From Macrostomum lignano (lineage: Eukaryota), in contig NIVC01001059.1 in the NCBI GenBank assembly GCA_002269645.1, forward strand, positions 124,001 to 188,000: a DNA stretch of 64,000 nt. Direction: 5' to 3'. A program made the translations under genes and the position numbers. The notes beneath the pieces were generated by a model. The model searched no databases, was not told the DNA's origin, and saw only the letters and a list, made by a program, of their open reading frames with translations. Position 1 is the first letter of the stretch. Each line of letters starts with the position of its first letter. Shown here one piece after another: positions 50,260-63,902 of the stretch.

Positions 50260-51601
50260 TTTTTTAAGTATGAATCAAAGTAAAATATTAAAATTAAAGT
50301 TTGAAAATTTCAAATAATTATAATTTACATGCTCTAAGAAACCCCTATGTTCTAGAATTTTCTGTGACAAAGGCCACTTTTCTGACTATTGGTCTTATCT
50401 TTAGTTTGGCCATTGAACTAGAAATCTGGATTAACCCTACATTAATGTCCTATAAATATATTGGTTTGGACCCTGTGTCCCACTTTTATTATTGGTACTA
50501 TTAAACAAAAAACAAAGAAAAAATTTAATAAACTATATATAGATTTTCTCTTATAGTTAACACTATTATAAATAATGTAAATAAATTGATGTTTAAAATG
50601 AAAGCATTTAACCTTAAAAGAGAGTTATTTAATCTAAGATATCAAATCCTTTCTGAGCTTTGGCTTAAATCATCTAAGCAATACATCTAAGCCATAGCAT
50701 TTTAGTAATACCTATATGAACCTTGACATCTTTGCAATTCTTTTTGAGCTATAGAATTGTAGCAATTTCCCTATGAGCCTTGACATCTTAGCAATTTCCC
50801 TTATAAACATTATTATTTTATGGTTGATAGAGCAATTTTATTGTTTTTGAAAATTTTATCAAAAAATCCAAGTACTTAGAAAAGTTTGTCAACCAAGCTA
50901 ATAAAAAATAATTGATAGTAGTTTTATTTTTATTTACTATATTTGGTCTGTCATTTTTTGTCTGATGATATTTATATAAAGCTGTTATATCTGCCAATTA
51001 AGTCATTTTGTTAGCTATTCAATGTTCAAGCCTATAATATACATGAGGTTATAGCACTCAGAACTCTAAATAGTTCTAGTCTTAATGGGAGCTTTTGCAA
51101 TGATGATTTATTTTAGATTTAGATATTTCATAGTAAAGCATGTACAATAATATATATGCATACTTTACTATATACTACTAATATATATACAAGGCCAACT
51201 ATTCCATTGGAAAAGAAGGGGTTAAAACTCCCATCACCAGAATTCCATTCCCTGAAATCTATCAGCTGAATCTCATGATTGGAATTCTATCTTCCAAATT
51301 GTCTCTGCAAAATAGAAATCCTCTCTGTGAAATAGAACTTCATCAAATTCTCTTTATGAAACTGAATTCTATCAAAATTCCCTTTGTTAAATGGCATTTA
51401 ACAGTATCATCACTGCCAATCAATACTAATAAATTGAAATTAAAATCACTGGTTAGGGTTAGTGTTAGAGATACACAGAGCTGCCTATTACAAGGCACCA
51501 ATACTAAAAAAATTGAACCAATAAACCAATATCAGTCAAACAGTATCGGTCTCAGTTAAAGTTAACAAAATGGTTATGCAATCTAAATCAACCTTCCAAT
51601 A

Positions 51602-52611
51602 GGGAGTATAACGTTTGCTTGCGGAAAGTTTGCTTGCAGGAATTTTGCTTGCTGAACTTTGCTTGCCGAGCTTTGCTTGCAGAATTTTGCTAGCCGAACT
51701 TTGCTTGCCAAACTTTGCTTGCCAAATTTTGCTTGCCAAAGTTTGCTTGCAAGAAATTTGCTTACAGGAAATCTGCTTGCCAAAGTTTGCTTGCAGAAAT
51801 TTGCTTGCGGAATTTTGATGTCTGCTTCCTAGAAATTCGTAATCACAATTGCAAGGTTTTAATTTGGTGAATTATAATTTTTTCTTGTCTGCTTGCTTGT
51901 TTTGATTGCTTGTGAAGTTGGTCTATCATTTATTATTTACTACAGATGCTTTGCAAGTGGATTCTTATTAGCATTGACATAAACTGACTTGACACTGAGC
52001 TTTCAAACTAGACTTATAGAGTTTCATTCTAAGAATTTAGGGGTTGTACTATAAAGCTGTCATAGCGTAAGTTTGATTGTACATCGGAACTTCTACACTA
52101 CAGAGATAGGAGCTTAGAATGATCTTATCTTACCATGGCTTTATAGAACAGGCCCTTAGTATATAGAAATGATGTACATTGATGTACAATATATGTTCAT
52201 TTGAAAAAACTATTCTATACATTTTGCTGCCAAAATCATTCAATATGTGCATTCTTTGAAATTGTGTTCAATTTTTGTTACAAAATACATTCCCAGTAAA
52301 AAACTAAATTATTACATTTCTATATTAGGGCTTTTTAAATCTTCCATATCCTTATACAAAATCATAACACTATATATACAACTTCCACGAATCTTAGAAA
52401 ATAAAAATTAGAAATACAAGAGCTCAATAATAGGTTCTTTAAGGTTCCATAAGAAAACTGTGGCTGGCAAATCTTGGCAAGCAAAATTTCTACAAGCAAA
52501 GTTTGGCAAGCAAAGTTTAGCAAGCAAAATTTGGCAAGCAAAGTTTGGCAAGTAGACTTTGGCAAGCAAATTTCTGCAAGCAAACTTCTCACAAGCAAAT
52601 TTCATAGACCC
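51602..52611. mobile_element. Non-autonomous Mutator-like element, 1010 bp
   Basis: GGG...CCC termini, long imperfect TIRs made of TTTGCTTGC repeats, perfect 9-bp TSD CTTCCAATA (51593-51601 and 52612-52620). Confidence 0.85.
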
Positions 52612-55171
52612 CTTCCAATATATAGCAATTGACCCCCTTCCAATACACAGTGGCAATTAGAAATCGAACCTTCCACATTTATCTATTACGTCTTGCAAAA
52701 TGAGTATAATCTTTGCAGAAAGATAAAAATATATAAATTGTATTTTGAATGATGTGCTTTCTGTTTTCATAATTAAAGCAAACAACTTATATCTCCCAAC
52801 TCAACATTGCAATGTTTGATTTTTCTAGCAAGTCTTTTTTCTCAAGGTTTAAAACTTGAGGAAAAGTGTGAGTTAGCATTTGAAATTTCCCAATTTTAAA
52901 GCATTGAAGCATCAAGTGTACTGTATGTATTGTAGGCTCATAAGTTTTTTTTATTGAATTTCATTGCATAGCTAGGGCTTATTGAAAGGTGCCAATAAAA
53001 AAGCAATTGAATCTCAACAAAGTTGCCATTTTATTGCGCTTCCTGCCTACCACTCTACAAAATATGCATAATTAGCCAATGCACAATTGAATGAAAATTA
53101 TAAATTTAGCAATTGTTTATACAGTCTACTAGTCAGCCAGGGTTAGAATCATAGAATGTATATACGCAGCCACTAAGAATGCTACCATTCCTTTAATGGA
53201 GACAATGCACTGCTGAGATAAGAAAAAGTTGTGGCACAATCACTCAAAATTGATGCAAATTTTCAGTTTAGAGTAGAAAAAGTGGCCAAAAGTGCTTTTT
53301 GCTTTTTTAACAAACTTAAACATTTTACTTTTCAACATTAAAATAGCCTATTTGTTGTATTCTGCATTGATATATTTAAGTCCCGCATTTGAGTTGCTGG
53401 CCATTGAGGAGGAGATACACATTAAACCTGGCCAGTTGATTGATTGATCAATCTACTCAGCTTTAGATATATACAAGGCCAACTCTTCTATTGGAGAAGA
53501 AAGGGGAAGAACTCCTGTCACTGGAATTCCATTTCCTGAAATCCATTAGTATTCATTATTTCACAATCACAACCTGACATTTGACCCTGAACATGAGTAT
53601 AAAAATCACATAAAACGGTCACGGCCACTGGTCAGATCGTCATATTCCATTTCGTCATATCGGATGACGAAGTGACCAGAAGCAAAGTAGCTTGAAAAAT
53701 AATAACTTGATTCACTTGAAGTTGGAACTAATATGATTGGTGAAGACAAAAATGACTCTCTTCAGGTAGTGCATGCTAATTGAGATGACGAAGTGACCAA
53801 AGTCGAGGTGAGCACCCCAGACACCCAGATGACAAAATGGCAGATGACGAAATGACTGGGAACCTAATGCACAACTTGCATTAAGTAGTGCCCAGGGCAC
53901 TCCGGCAAAGTGTTTTTTCAAATTGGTTTGATTTGTTTGTGCAGCTTACATGAAATTTTTAAAAATAATTCTTTTAAATGAAATAAACCTAAGAATATCA
54001 ATTTAGCTTAAATTGCTATATATTTATTACTTTTTACACGTAAAATTACTGGATTTGTTGTTTTACAGTGTTAGCATATTATTATTATTTTAAAACAGCT
54101 TTTTGTCGAGATGCCGATCGAGCAAGGCTCCTCCGGCCACCGGCTTTATCCACCGATGCACGATTACTCGATTTTTTGAAAGTTAGCTTCATATCGTGAA
54201 TAGATGCATTATATCTTTACAGATAATTAAATTAAATAATTTCACTTCATAATTTGCTGTTGATGTTCGCAGAGCTAATGCCTCAGACTCAGAGATTATA
54301 AATAGAATAGTAGTTTAATTCGCAAGGCTAGGGCGAATGACTTTAACTAGTCAATCGTCTGCAGCATATGATTATTGTTTTTTTTAAAAAAGCTGCAATC
54401 AGAAAAATCTTTTTGTTATAGTCTCAATCAACATCAGCTCCTGTAATTTATATACCAATAAATTTACAGTTTATCTTGTTTAGAAATGAGTGGTATTCCA
54501 ATAAAAGGTAAATATAAATTGTAATATAACTTGGAACAGATATAATAGGCCTATGATTTTTCTTTTCATCTTGTCATTTTTTAATCAGGTAATTAGGTAG
54601 GCCCATAATATTTCTTAAATATTTAATATACCTTTTGAACTTTGTCCAACTTGGAATAATCCAACCATTATTCTGACTTGTAATGCAGTTAAATTACAAG
54701 TTGGAATATTCCAACTATTATTCCAAGTGATTATTAAATACAATTGCAAGAGTATAAATATCATTCTGACTCTTAATCCAACCCATAATTTAATTTAATT
54801 TAATTTATTTTTAAAATTTAGGCAAACAATTATTTTAAACTTTGCTTCATTTTATGCATATTTTGTTTTAAGTCAACCTCAAGTCTACAATCATAGTTAG
54901 GATGATGTAAATTATGCCAGAAATATCCGGCGAACAATTGAAAATTTTACTTTTTTGCGTACAATTGGTGTAAAAAATGAGGCAAAATATATTTGGCATA
55001 CCTCTTGGCGTAATGCCGTGGCATAAATACGCCAAGCAGCGTATGCCAACTCCAACCTTCATGCCAAAGTTAATATTAACAATTGTTGGCATAATGCCTT
55101 AACCTCAGAATCTTATTATAAAATCATAAAAACCGTAAAACTCGTAAGATGAAAGTTCATAACTATTCGTG

Positions 55172-57143
55172 GGGTCTACGACAATTGACTGCCACAATTT
55201 GATTGCCAAGCAATTTGACTGCCGACAAAATGACTACAAACAAAATGACTACGGACAAAATGACTGCCGACAATTTGACTGCCGACAAAATGACTGCCGA
55301 CAATTTGACTGCCGACAAAATGACTGCGGAAATTTGACTGCCAACAAAATGACTGTGGCAATTTGACTGCCGACAATATAAAAAACAAGAGGCCACTCCT
55401 CCTCCTCTCTCCCCTAGTCCCTCAATGTTCGCCTCTCTCTCAATGTTAGGCGCATTCTAGTTATGCAAAAAAGGAGAGAGAGATGAGAGATGAAGGCGGA
55501 GAGAGCAGAGTGCAGAAAGATGAGAGAAGTGAATAAAGGGGAGAGAGTATAGAAGAGGGAAAAGAAAAGGACTAAGGAAAGAAAGGAGTCAAAAGAGGGG
55601 AAAGAGAAGAGTACAGAGGAGAAAGGTGAGAGAACATACCAGTATAAAAGAGTAAAGATGACAGATAAGAGAGGGGAGATGAGAGAGCAGAGACAAGAAA
55701 GAAGAGACGAGAGAGAAATGAGAAAACAGAAGAGAAGATAGAAGGTTCAAAGGATGCAAGGAACATAGGGATCAAGAGGCAGAAGTAGAGGCCAGACTTT
55801 TTCTGACATTCTGCGCCGCACCCCAGCCAATAATATCAATAGTTTGCCTCCAATCCTAATTTTACACGAATGTAATATATGTTATGTTTAACTCTAATAA
55901 TAAAAGTTTTTGCTTGAGTTTAACTTCAGATTTTAGAATATATGCAAAATGGTTCCTAAGATTGGAATTCCCATTTCCCACTGTTCAAAATCCGCAAGTT
56001 TCAACAGCTGTTATAGCTTGTTATATAAAAGTTATGTGTTCTGTTCTGCATTATTCTAGCTCATAAATACAATATTTCACAAATGCATAGACTTAAAAGG
56101 GTTGACAGAGTGCTAAACTTTAGGAGCATCATTTTTCTGGCAATCATTTTGCTGGCAGTCAAATTGCTCGGCAGTCAAATTGCCACAGTCATTTTGCTGG
56201 CAGTCAAATTGCCGCAGTCATATTGTCAGTAGTCAAATTTCCGCAGTCATTTTGTCTGCAGGCTCATTCCATATAAGATGGACATATTTGGAAAATAGAA
56301 AAAAGTCAATATTTTTGCTTGCCATTGCCTAATTAGCCTATTTTTTTACCAAATGTTTATATTGTGCAATATATACAATCTAAAAATAAAGGAATAGTAA
56401 AATGTTGGATTAGTATGTTATCAATTAGCAAAAAGTCATTTTTGTAAAAATTTGGACATTTTTCAAAGCAAAAGACATCATTAAGATTTTGTACCTTTTA
56501 AAAACAAATAGAAAGCTTTTGAAGGTTGAAACAAACTATAGATAAAAGTATAGTACTTGCATCATCAGATAAAAGCATTAGTGACCAAATAATCTATTAT
56601 ATTTTTAATGTATTAGTACCTCAAAGTTACTGAATTGACAGAAAAAAATATGTTACGACCATAAGGCTGCCTTTTCTTTTGTATCTTTGTTGCCTTTTGA
56701 GTTTATATATTCTAATAAAAGAGTATGATTTCTAAAGATGTTCTTAGTCAAATTTTAAAAATGTATTGCAAAATATCAAAAATGAAAAATGTTATAAGAC
56801 TTTTACTTTTTAGTTTCTATATGTCAAAAATCCTGTCGTTACGACCATAAGTGTCATTTAAGGTTTAATAGCATCTATACTAATGATGATATCTATATGA
56901 AACTCTATAAATATATTCTAGACAAAATAATCTTTCATTTAAAATATTGGTTTAGTATATTCTATTATTAGATTTCATTTTATAAGTAAAAATAACCTGT
57001 CATGTTACGACCATGCTTATATGGAATGAGCCTGCAGTCATTTTGTTCGCAGTCAAATTGCTCGCCAGTCAAATTGTCCGCAGTCAAATTGATCGCAGTC
57101 AAATTGTGGCAGTCAAATTGTGGCAGTCAATTGTTGTGCACCC
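55172..57143. mobile_element. Non-autonomous Mutator-like element, about 2 kb
   Basis: TIRs GGGT...ACAATTGACTGCCACAATTTGA with tandem subterminal repeats; 9-bp TSD CTATT(C/T)GTG (55163-55171 and 57144-57152) with one mismatch. Confidence 0.8.
56261..57032. mobile_element. 772-bp MITE nested in the right subterminal repeats of the MULE
   Basis: Perfect TIR GGCTCATTCCATATAAG; TGCA duplicated at both ends; interrupts the host GCAGTCATTTTG repeat. Confidence 0.85.
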
Positions 57144-57471
57144 CTATTTGTGATTTATAAAAATTTAAAATTCCACGCAAACTAATCATGTAAATTTTCT
57201 GAAAAAAACTTACACAAAAAATTGATTTTTGTTGGCATTATCTATAAGCCAATTTACTTTAAATGAAAACCACACATTTGTTAAATTTTTATTGTTAAAA
57301 ATGTGTAACACGCAAAAAAGGTCATTTATTGTCGCAAAGCCTAGAAAACCTGGTGCAAGTTCCTAGGACCTTGGTGTACATTTCAGTATGAAGTGGCATA
57401 GATTTTTTTAGGGGACTTTTTATTCCGGCGTATACCATGACATGATCCTGACTATGGGTCTACAATTAGTT

Positions 57472-57720
57472 CATACATGCGCAACCTCCAAATTTCAGTC
57501 GGCCGTGCGACTTAGTTTTAACAAAAATGCAACGTAGTTTTTGGCCAAAAATTTGACTTACATGTAAAAAACCCAAAAGCAAAATTAACGCAACTTTAGG
57601 TAAATGGCAGGAGTAACTATGACTGTCTTATAAAGCCAAAATGCCTCGTCAGCTACTTAGTACTACTACTCCGTGTTTTTTCGGGTTGGCATTTTTGTGA
57701 CTTCCTTGGTTGGCCACCAA
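57472..57720. mobile_element. Truncated copy of the hAT-like MITE
   Basis: Same sequence as 40618-40916, lacking the right TIR. Confidence 0.8.
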
Positions 57721-58190
57721 GGTTGGTTCTGAAATCGAAATCAAAATTTTCCATAATCAAAATTTAGAAAAACAAAGTTTATTACAACAAACACTCACTT
57801 TTCTACTTTTAATTTACTGCTAATTTTTTCAAAATCGAAATTTGCTCTAAAAAATCCAAATTTTGGAAAATTGAAATTTAAATCAAAATTTCAGAACATC
57901 TCTTTATAATAGTCAAATTTAAACAAAGTTTTCATTTGTGTTGAAATTTTAATGACGTTAACAAAAAAATTAGCACTGGAAAAAAACATTTTTTCTTTCC
58001 TTTTCAGTTTAAAAAAAATTTTTTTAATATATTTTATGCATCAGGATTCTGGATATTGTGGGTGGGCAGAGCCCTACGCCCATGGTGGCGCGGCATACAA
58101 TTGTGTGTTGTGGCATGCCATGGGGTACTTTCTTTAAACTGTGGTACACCGTGTATGCCAAAATTGGCCCAAAATTTCCTTGTGTATGCC

Positions 58191-58487
58191 CATACATGCG
58201 CAACGTCCAAAATTCGGTCGGCCGTGCGACTTAGTTTTAACAAAAATGCGACGTAGTTTTTGGCCAAAAATGCGACTTACATGTAAAAAAACCCTAAAGC
58301 AAAATTAACGCAACTTTGGGTAAACGGCGGGAGTAACTATGACTGTCTTATCAGGCAAAAATGCCTCGTCAGCTACTTAGTACTACTGCGTGGGTATTTT
58401 TTGGGTGGGCATTTTTGCGACTTCCTTGGTTGGCTGCCAAATCAGTCGGCCGGATCGGCCGACTCGGCCGACTGTTGCGCATGTATG
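58191..58487. mobile_element. hAT-like MITE, 297 bp, complete
   Basis: Same family; perfect 8-bp TSD TGTATGCC (58183-58190 and 58488-58495). Confidence 0.9.
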
Positions 58488-58928
58488 TGTATGCCAGAAT
58501 TTTCCAAGTAAAATGCCATCTTCCTGACTATGGTGCCTGTATTTAATAATCAATCAGAATAAAAATTGGAATGATAAATTAGATTTTGCAACATTAAATT
58601 ATTAGTCAAAATAAGAGTCGGAATATTCCAACTTGTAAGTTAACCACATTATAAGTTAGAATAATGGTTGGAATATTCCAAGTTAGACAAAGTTTAAAAG
58701 GTATTTAATAAAGGTTTGTAATTTGAAAAATAATTTATTTGATAGTATACATATACAATAGATATAACAAAGCCATAGGCCTGCTTTTTATTTATCTACT
58801 AAAGTATAAAGGTTTGTCTGTCCATATATTATATGATTGGTTTCAGAAAAATAGCATAACTTATTTTCATGAAAATTATACTATTTGATCAGTTTTTGTT
58901 TTATATATATATATATTTCAATATACTG

Positions 58929-61295
58929 GGGTCCCTGGACATTTCGGTGACAAAACGTTTTGGTGACAGCCTTTTCAGTGACAATTTTGGATGTTTCAGT
59001 GACAATTTAAGACAATTCAAGGACAGGTTTTAAAAATATGTTTTAAACAAAAATTAAAGTTGATTTTGTTTCTAATATAATATACTTATAAACAAGAGTT
59101 AATGCTCAAAACTCATCATATTTTATTGTTTTTGTATTGATTTCGTCACTGACTTTGTTATATCTCTACACTTAAATTTATTTTATGAAAGTTAAGGGCT
59201 TATGATTTAGTAGGTCTAGGGCCTTATTGATTATTGCAAAATCAAGGAAATTTATGTCAAAAGCATAATATTTTTATGAGTATATTTTAACAGTTATTGT
59301 TAGTTAATTATTAGCTCATATAGCTATAGTGCTGTGGCTACAGGTTGGGCTATCTGGGTCTGAGGTAGAATGACCTCTAACACTCTAGACAGGCAATACT
59401 AAGTCTGGGAAAAATGTTTTTATCTCATTCTGACCCCCTGATTTGTGACTTTTTCACTATTTTTAGTGATTTTTTGCAGTCTAGCTGTCACTTTTGGATC
59501 CAGCCTGTCTGGGTCAAGGAGGTCTTTCTAGTCTCTTTCCCACTTGCTCTATTACCTTTTCCTTCGAGTTATGGGCTTTTTGCAATCACTTTTGGTGCTA
59601 GGATGTCTAGACAAGTGACTTTTATTCAGTTTTTTTCATGATTTATGACTGCACTTGTCAACTTCCTTGGGGTCTTGAGCTCAGCCAATCAAAGTTGACC
59701 TGACCATCCCTGGCTGGACCATTCAGAAAATTTTGACTTAGTTTTTTCTTTATTTTTCGCAATGCTAGCTAAGACGAGTGACTTGATCTAGAGGCAAAGG
59801 TCACAGCTGACCAGAAGCAACACAGTTCCTAGTCAATTAGTCGATCTAGGTAATCATGATAAGCATGCAAATTAAGTGCCAGACTGGTGCCTTCATGCAG
59901 TCTCAAGCAGCTAAGCAGCTAGAACGAGTTAAATGTTAGGCTAAGGGTCTCCAAATGTGACAATATACCTATATCATCACTATCTGTCGACGTGTTAAGG
60001 CTTGCCATAAAGGCTTGCCAGCACAAGAACCCCCTGCAAAAGTTGTCTTTGTCCCTGCATGGCCAATGCAATCTTAGTCCTAGCAATGTCCCTTCTATTC
60101 CGCTATGACTTCAAGATAGACAGCTAAAAGATGTTAGATGGCAGGTGCCATCTAGCGTGCAAGCAAGTGCAGTGCCCCTCTAGATGGCAAGTGCAGTGCC
60201 CCTCTAGTTGGAAGTCCGACTTTGATAGCTCCAGTTTGGTAAGCCAGTGTCTGTCTCTCGCTCTCTTCTCTCAGCTATAGGATATTGCTGCTTGCCCACA
60301 ATCTAGCTACCTTAGGACTGACCATCTGATAGGAATAAGAGGCCAGAGTTCTAAGAGATTCCTTTCTGAGTTCTGAGGCCCAAAGCTATAGGCTTAAAAA
60401 GGCCAAACCCATCAGTTCGTTAGCTGCAATGGCATTTTCTGACCAAAGCTCATCAAAGGCTGCCACAATAGTGTCCGCAAGCAAATAAAGCAAGGCTATA
60501 ATTTTCCAGACAAACTTTTGTATGCCTTTATCTTCTTGATAGAACTGTTGAAGTCCTATGTTCTGGACTTTGTGCCAAACTGCTTGAGTCCAGTGAAAAT
60601 TATAGCTACAAACACTAGCACTTGGGAAGACCCTCAAAACAAATATTATATCACCATGAGCGCAATGCTTGTCTGCTAACAAAGATTTTGCTTTAGAATG
60701 GTAGCAAATGCACAACCAAATCATTGGTGCTTGCCATTCCAGAATTTGCATTGTTAGTAAATGCATATAGATATTGAAATCCCAGTAAGCACAATGGGTT
60801 TACTCAACAAGCTTACTGTTGAGATTTGCAATCATCAGGAGGTAATACTATACTGATATACATGTAAAGTATAGTATGTACATGTACAACCACAACATTT
60901 GTTTGCATCAATTTTGCAGTAAAAATATGCTACATGTTGCCCTGGATATAAGTATATCAATGCAGATTATGTCACAATGATGCAGTGTATAAAATAAGCG
61001 GCTTGCCATGTGTCACCTCGGCCAACTGACCTTTTATCTAAACAGGTGCAGGACCCAATTAAGTGTATAGATATAGCAAAGTAAGTATGTCAGTGACAAA
61101 ATCAACATAAAACAATAAAATATGATAAGTTTTAAGTATTAACTCTTGTTCATGAGTATATTATCTTACAGACAAATTTAACTTATATTTTTAAAATGTG
61201 TCACCAAATTGTCTAAATTTGTCACCAAAACATCCTAAACTGTAACCAAAAAGGCTGTCACTGAAATGTCTTGTCACCAAAATGTCTAGGGACCC
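58929..61295 (-). mobile_element. Mutator-like element with long TIRs and a transposase relic
   Basis: Imperfect TIRs over about 200-250 bp starting GGGTCCCT(G/A)GACATTT. Internal minus-strand VFPSASVCSYNFHWTQAVWHKVQNIGLQQFY...IIALLYL (in ORF 60386..60766) matches the MULE transposase FP..CxFH..QA.WRKIQ.LGL region. No TSD found. Confidence 0.75.
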
Positions 61296-61429
61296 TTATA
61301 AGCATGGCAGCCATGTCTATAAATATGGAGCTTATAGGCATAGTAGCTGTGTCTATATTATTTGAGCTTATAGGCATGGCTATAATTATCAATATAAAAT
61401 GTGTATTCTGTAGGGCTCTCTTATAGGCA

Positions 61430-61495
61430 AATGGTGGCTTAAGTGGATATGTCAATTGCCTTGTGATTATGTATAGCAAGGTTCAAATCCCAAGT
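61430..61495 (+). other. tRNA-like Pol III remnant (SINE head or tRNA pseudogene)
   Basis: A-box TGGCTTAAGTGG (61435-61446) and B-box GGTTCAAATCC (61480-61490); I cannot see a convincing cloverleaf. Confidence 0.3.
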
Positions 61496-61681
61496 AGTCA
61501 GAGCTTTTTAATTTGAATTTTTTAGCAAATAGAAGTTTTTGCATCTTGAATTTTTAAGTTTTTTAACTAAAATAAAAAATTAAATTAAATTAAATTTCTT
61601 AATAAGAATAATACTATATGTAGCTACTAAAAAAAATAATTTTTTTGTTACATATTGGCCATACCTTGTCATGAGTTAATC

Positions 61682-61950
61682 CATACATATACAACCTCCA
61701 AACTTCAGTTGGCCATGCAACTTAGTTTTAACAAAAATGTGATGTACTTTTTGTCCAAAAATGCAAATTACATATAAAATAAACCCTAAAGCAAAATTAA
61801 TGCAACTTTTGGTAAATAGCAGAAGTAATTATGACTATCTTATTAAGGCAAAATGTCTCGTTATCTACTTAGTACTACTTGGGTATTTATTTGGGTGGGC
61901 ATTTTTGCAACTTACCTTGGTGGCCACCAAATCGGTTGGCCAGATTGGCT
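61682..61950. mobile_element. Diverged, truncated copy of the hAT-like MITE
   Basis: Recognisable but more mutated copy of 40618-40916. Confidence 0.7.
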
Positions 61951-62938
61951 TTTTAAAGCCAGGGGTCACTTTGATTATGTCACTTTGATTCCTAAATCTT
62001 TTTATTAATACTTAAAAATTCTAAGCATTAGGAAGCAATGCAGACAAAATCTAGTATATACTATAGAAAAAAAGCATTTTAGGCAAAGTAAGCAAGAAAA
62101 AATTAGCCAGTAATTTGCTTGCAGGCAATTCAATCATAGGCAAAATGCACTGTTGGCAAATCTTGGTGGAAAAATCTTGGCAGGCTAATCTTTTGCAAGC
62201 AAATTTCAGTGGATAATTGAGTCATTAACTATGAATAATAGGGATATAAAACAAGTAGGTAATTGTAATTATACTATTATTATGCAGCTTGCAATTTTTG
62301 TAGAATATTGATAACAATAGTTATATAATGAGAAAAGAAATCTTTTTCTATTATGTTAAATAATTGGTCATATTATCTCTACCTATAAAAATGAAAACTG
62401 TGTCTGTCTGTAGACAAATTTGATCACTATGGACTCCCAAACTTCTTAACCAAATTATATCAAGTTAGCATCCACCCTAAACTCACTATGGAAAATGTCT
62501 TAGGCTACCTTAAAATTTCCTCAACTCAAGTCTTTCTACTGCAAAAAAAACTACTCAAAATGCACATTTTTCACCAAATCCTCCATAGCGCCACTCCACT
62601 TTTACCAATTGTCTTCAAATTTGACATAAACAATCTTGAACTATTTTGGCGCAATCATGTAAAATTTCAAGTCTTAAAGTTAATCTTGAATGGTGCTGTG
62701 CACTTTTAAAGTTAGACTGTTTTTGTGAGCAAGGCAGCCACCCTAACTTCCACCTGCCTCTTTACCGATCTAGGCCCAGAGAGAGTTAATGGGTTTAAAA
62801 ATAGACTATATACTCTATATATACCCCACTGAAATGGAGACTGAAATTGATCAATCAATAGCTAAACATTTTTGTTTATCCTAAAATTTGGCAAAACTTT
62901 GCCAGTTCACGTCTTCAATCCTCAATCGTCCTCTGTAG

Positions 62939-63902
62939 CTCTGGTGCGGCAGAACAAGAAGCGCAGCAAGCAGAACGCTCGCCTCAAAGCGGCCGCGGCC
63001 AACAACAAGCTCGGCGGCAACACGAACAGAAGGTAAGGCGAATTTTTATATTTTGCCTCCCCCCATCTCTATCCCAAGCTTCTACTGTCTATGGCCGGAC
63101 TTTGGCTGCCGCGGCCCAGAGCCGGCTTATAGTCAAGTCCTTAAAATGCTTCTGCATTGACAAAATCTACGAGAAACAAAGTGCTTTCGAGTCTGTCGCA
63201 CGGGAGACGGCGCACTTCATCGCTTCGAAAAGAAATAAATTTTAAAAACAAGCCGGAAGTGATAATCCACTGGCTTGGATGTCGAGCTCGGCCCGGTCCG
63301 CGTCGCCACCGCCCGAGAAGGCTGGCCAGGCGGCCGCCGCTCCGACTTCGCTGGCCTTCCTGCGGGAGACTCTGCAGCAGCTGGAAGCCGCCGGCCCGGT
63401 CGATCACTCGGCCTCGCCAGACGCTTCGGACGCTTCGTCCGGGCCGCCTCCGCGTTCCAGCCGGCGCCGCCAGCAGAGCCCCAGCCCGGGCATGCCGGAC
63501 CCGCGCCGGCCAGGCGACATGGACAACAGCGCCGAGGACAACTCGGATTCGGACTCCTGGGTAACCATTGACGAGAGAATCACCGCCGAACATTGCAGCT
63601 CCATCAACGATGATGACCCCGAGGAGGAGGAGGAGGAGTTGCACCCAGACCTGCTGGACGACAGCGGCGGCTTCGACGAGGACGCCGATCCGGCCACCCT
63701 GTTCGACGAGGCGGCGGCTCCTGGCGCCCTGGACCCCGCGCTGGCTGCTGGCGAATTGGCCGACGACGAGCCGCCTGACGATGAGGGAGACGGCGACGAC
63801 GGGCCGCCGGGCAGCGAGGACGAGCAGGAGGACTCGAAAGACTATTGCAAGGGCGGCTACCACCCGGTGAAGATTGGACAGGTCTACAACCAGCGCTACC
63901 AG
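62939..63902 (+). CDS. srpk: SRSF protein kinase, 5' part only (exon 62939..63032 and an exon ending at 63902); gene continues off the window
   Basis: EQEDSKDYCKGGYHPVKIGQVYNQRY is the diagnostic start of the SRPK kinase domain; basic N-terminal exon LVRQNKKRSK. The first exon and the exact second acceptor are unresolved. Confidence 0.88.

Noticed and set aside
54100-54370. CpG-rich patch as a shared srpk/rps29 promoter or srpk first exon
   Set aside because: No convincing ATG-plus-donor combination in the phase needed for the 62939 acceptor; unsupported without transcript data.
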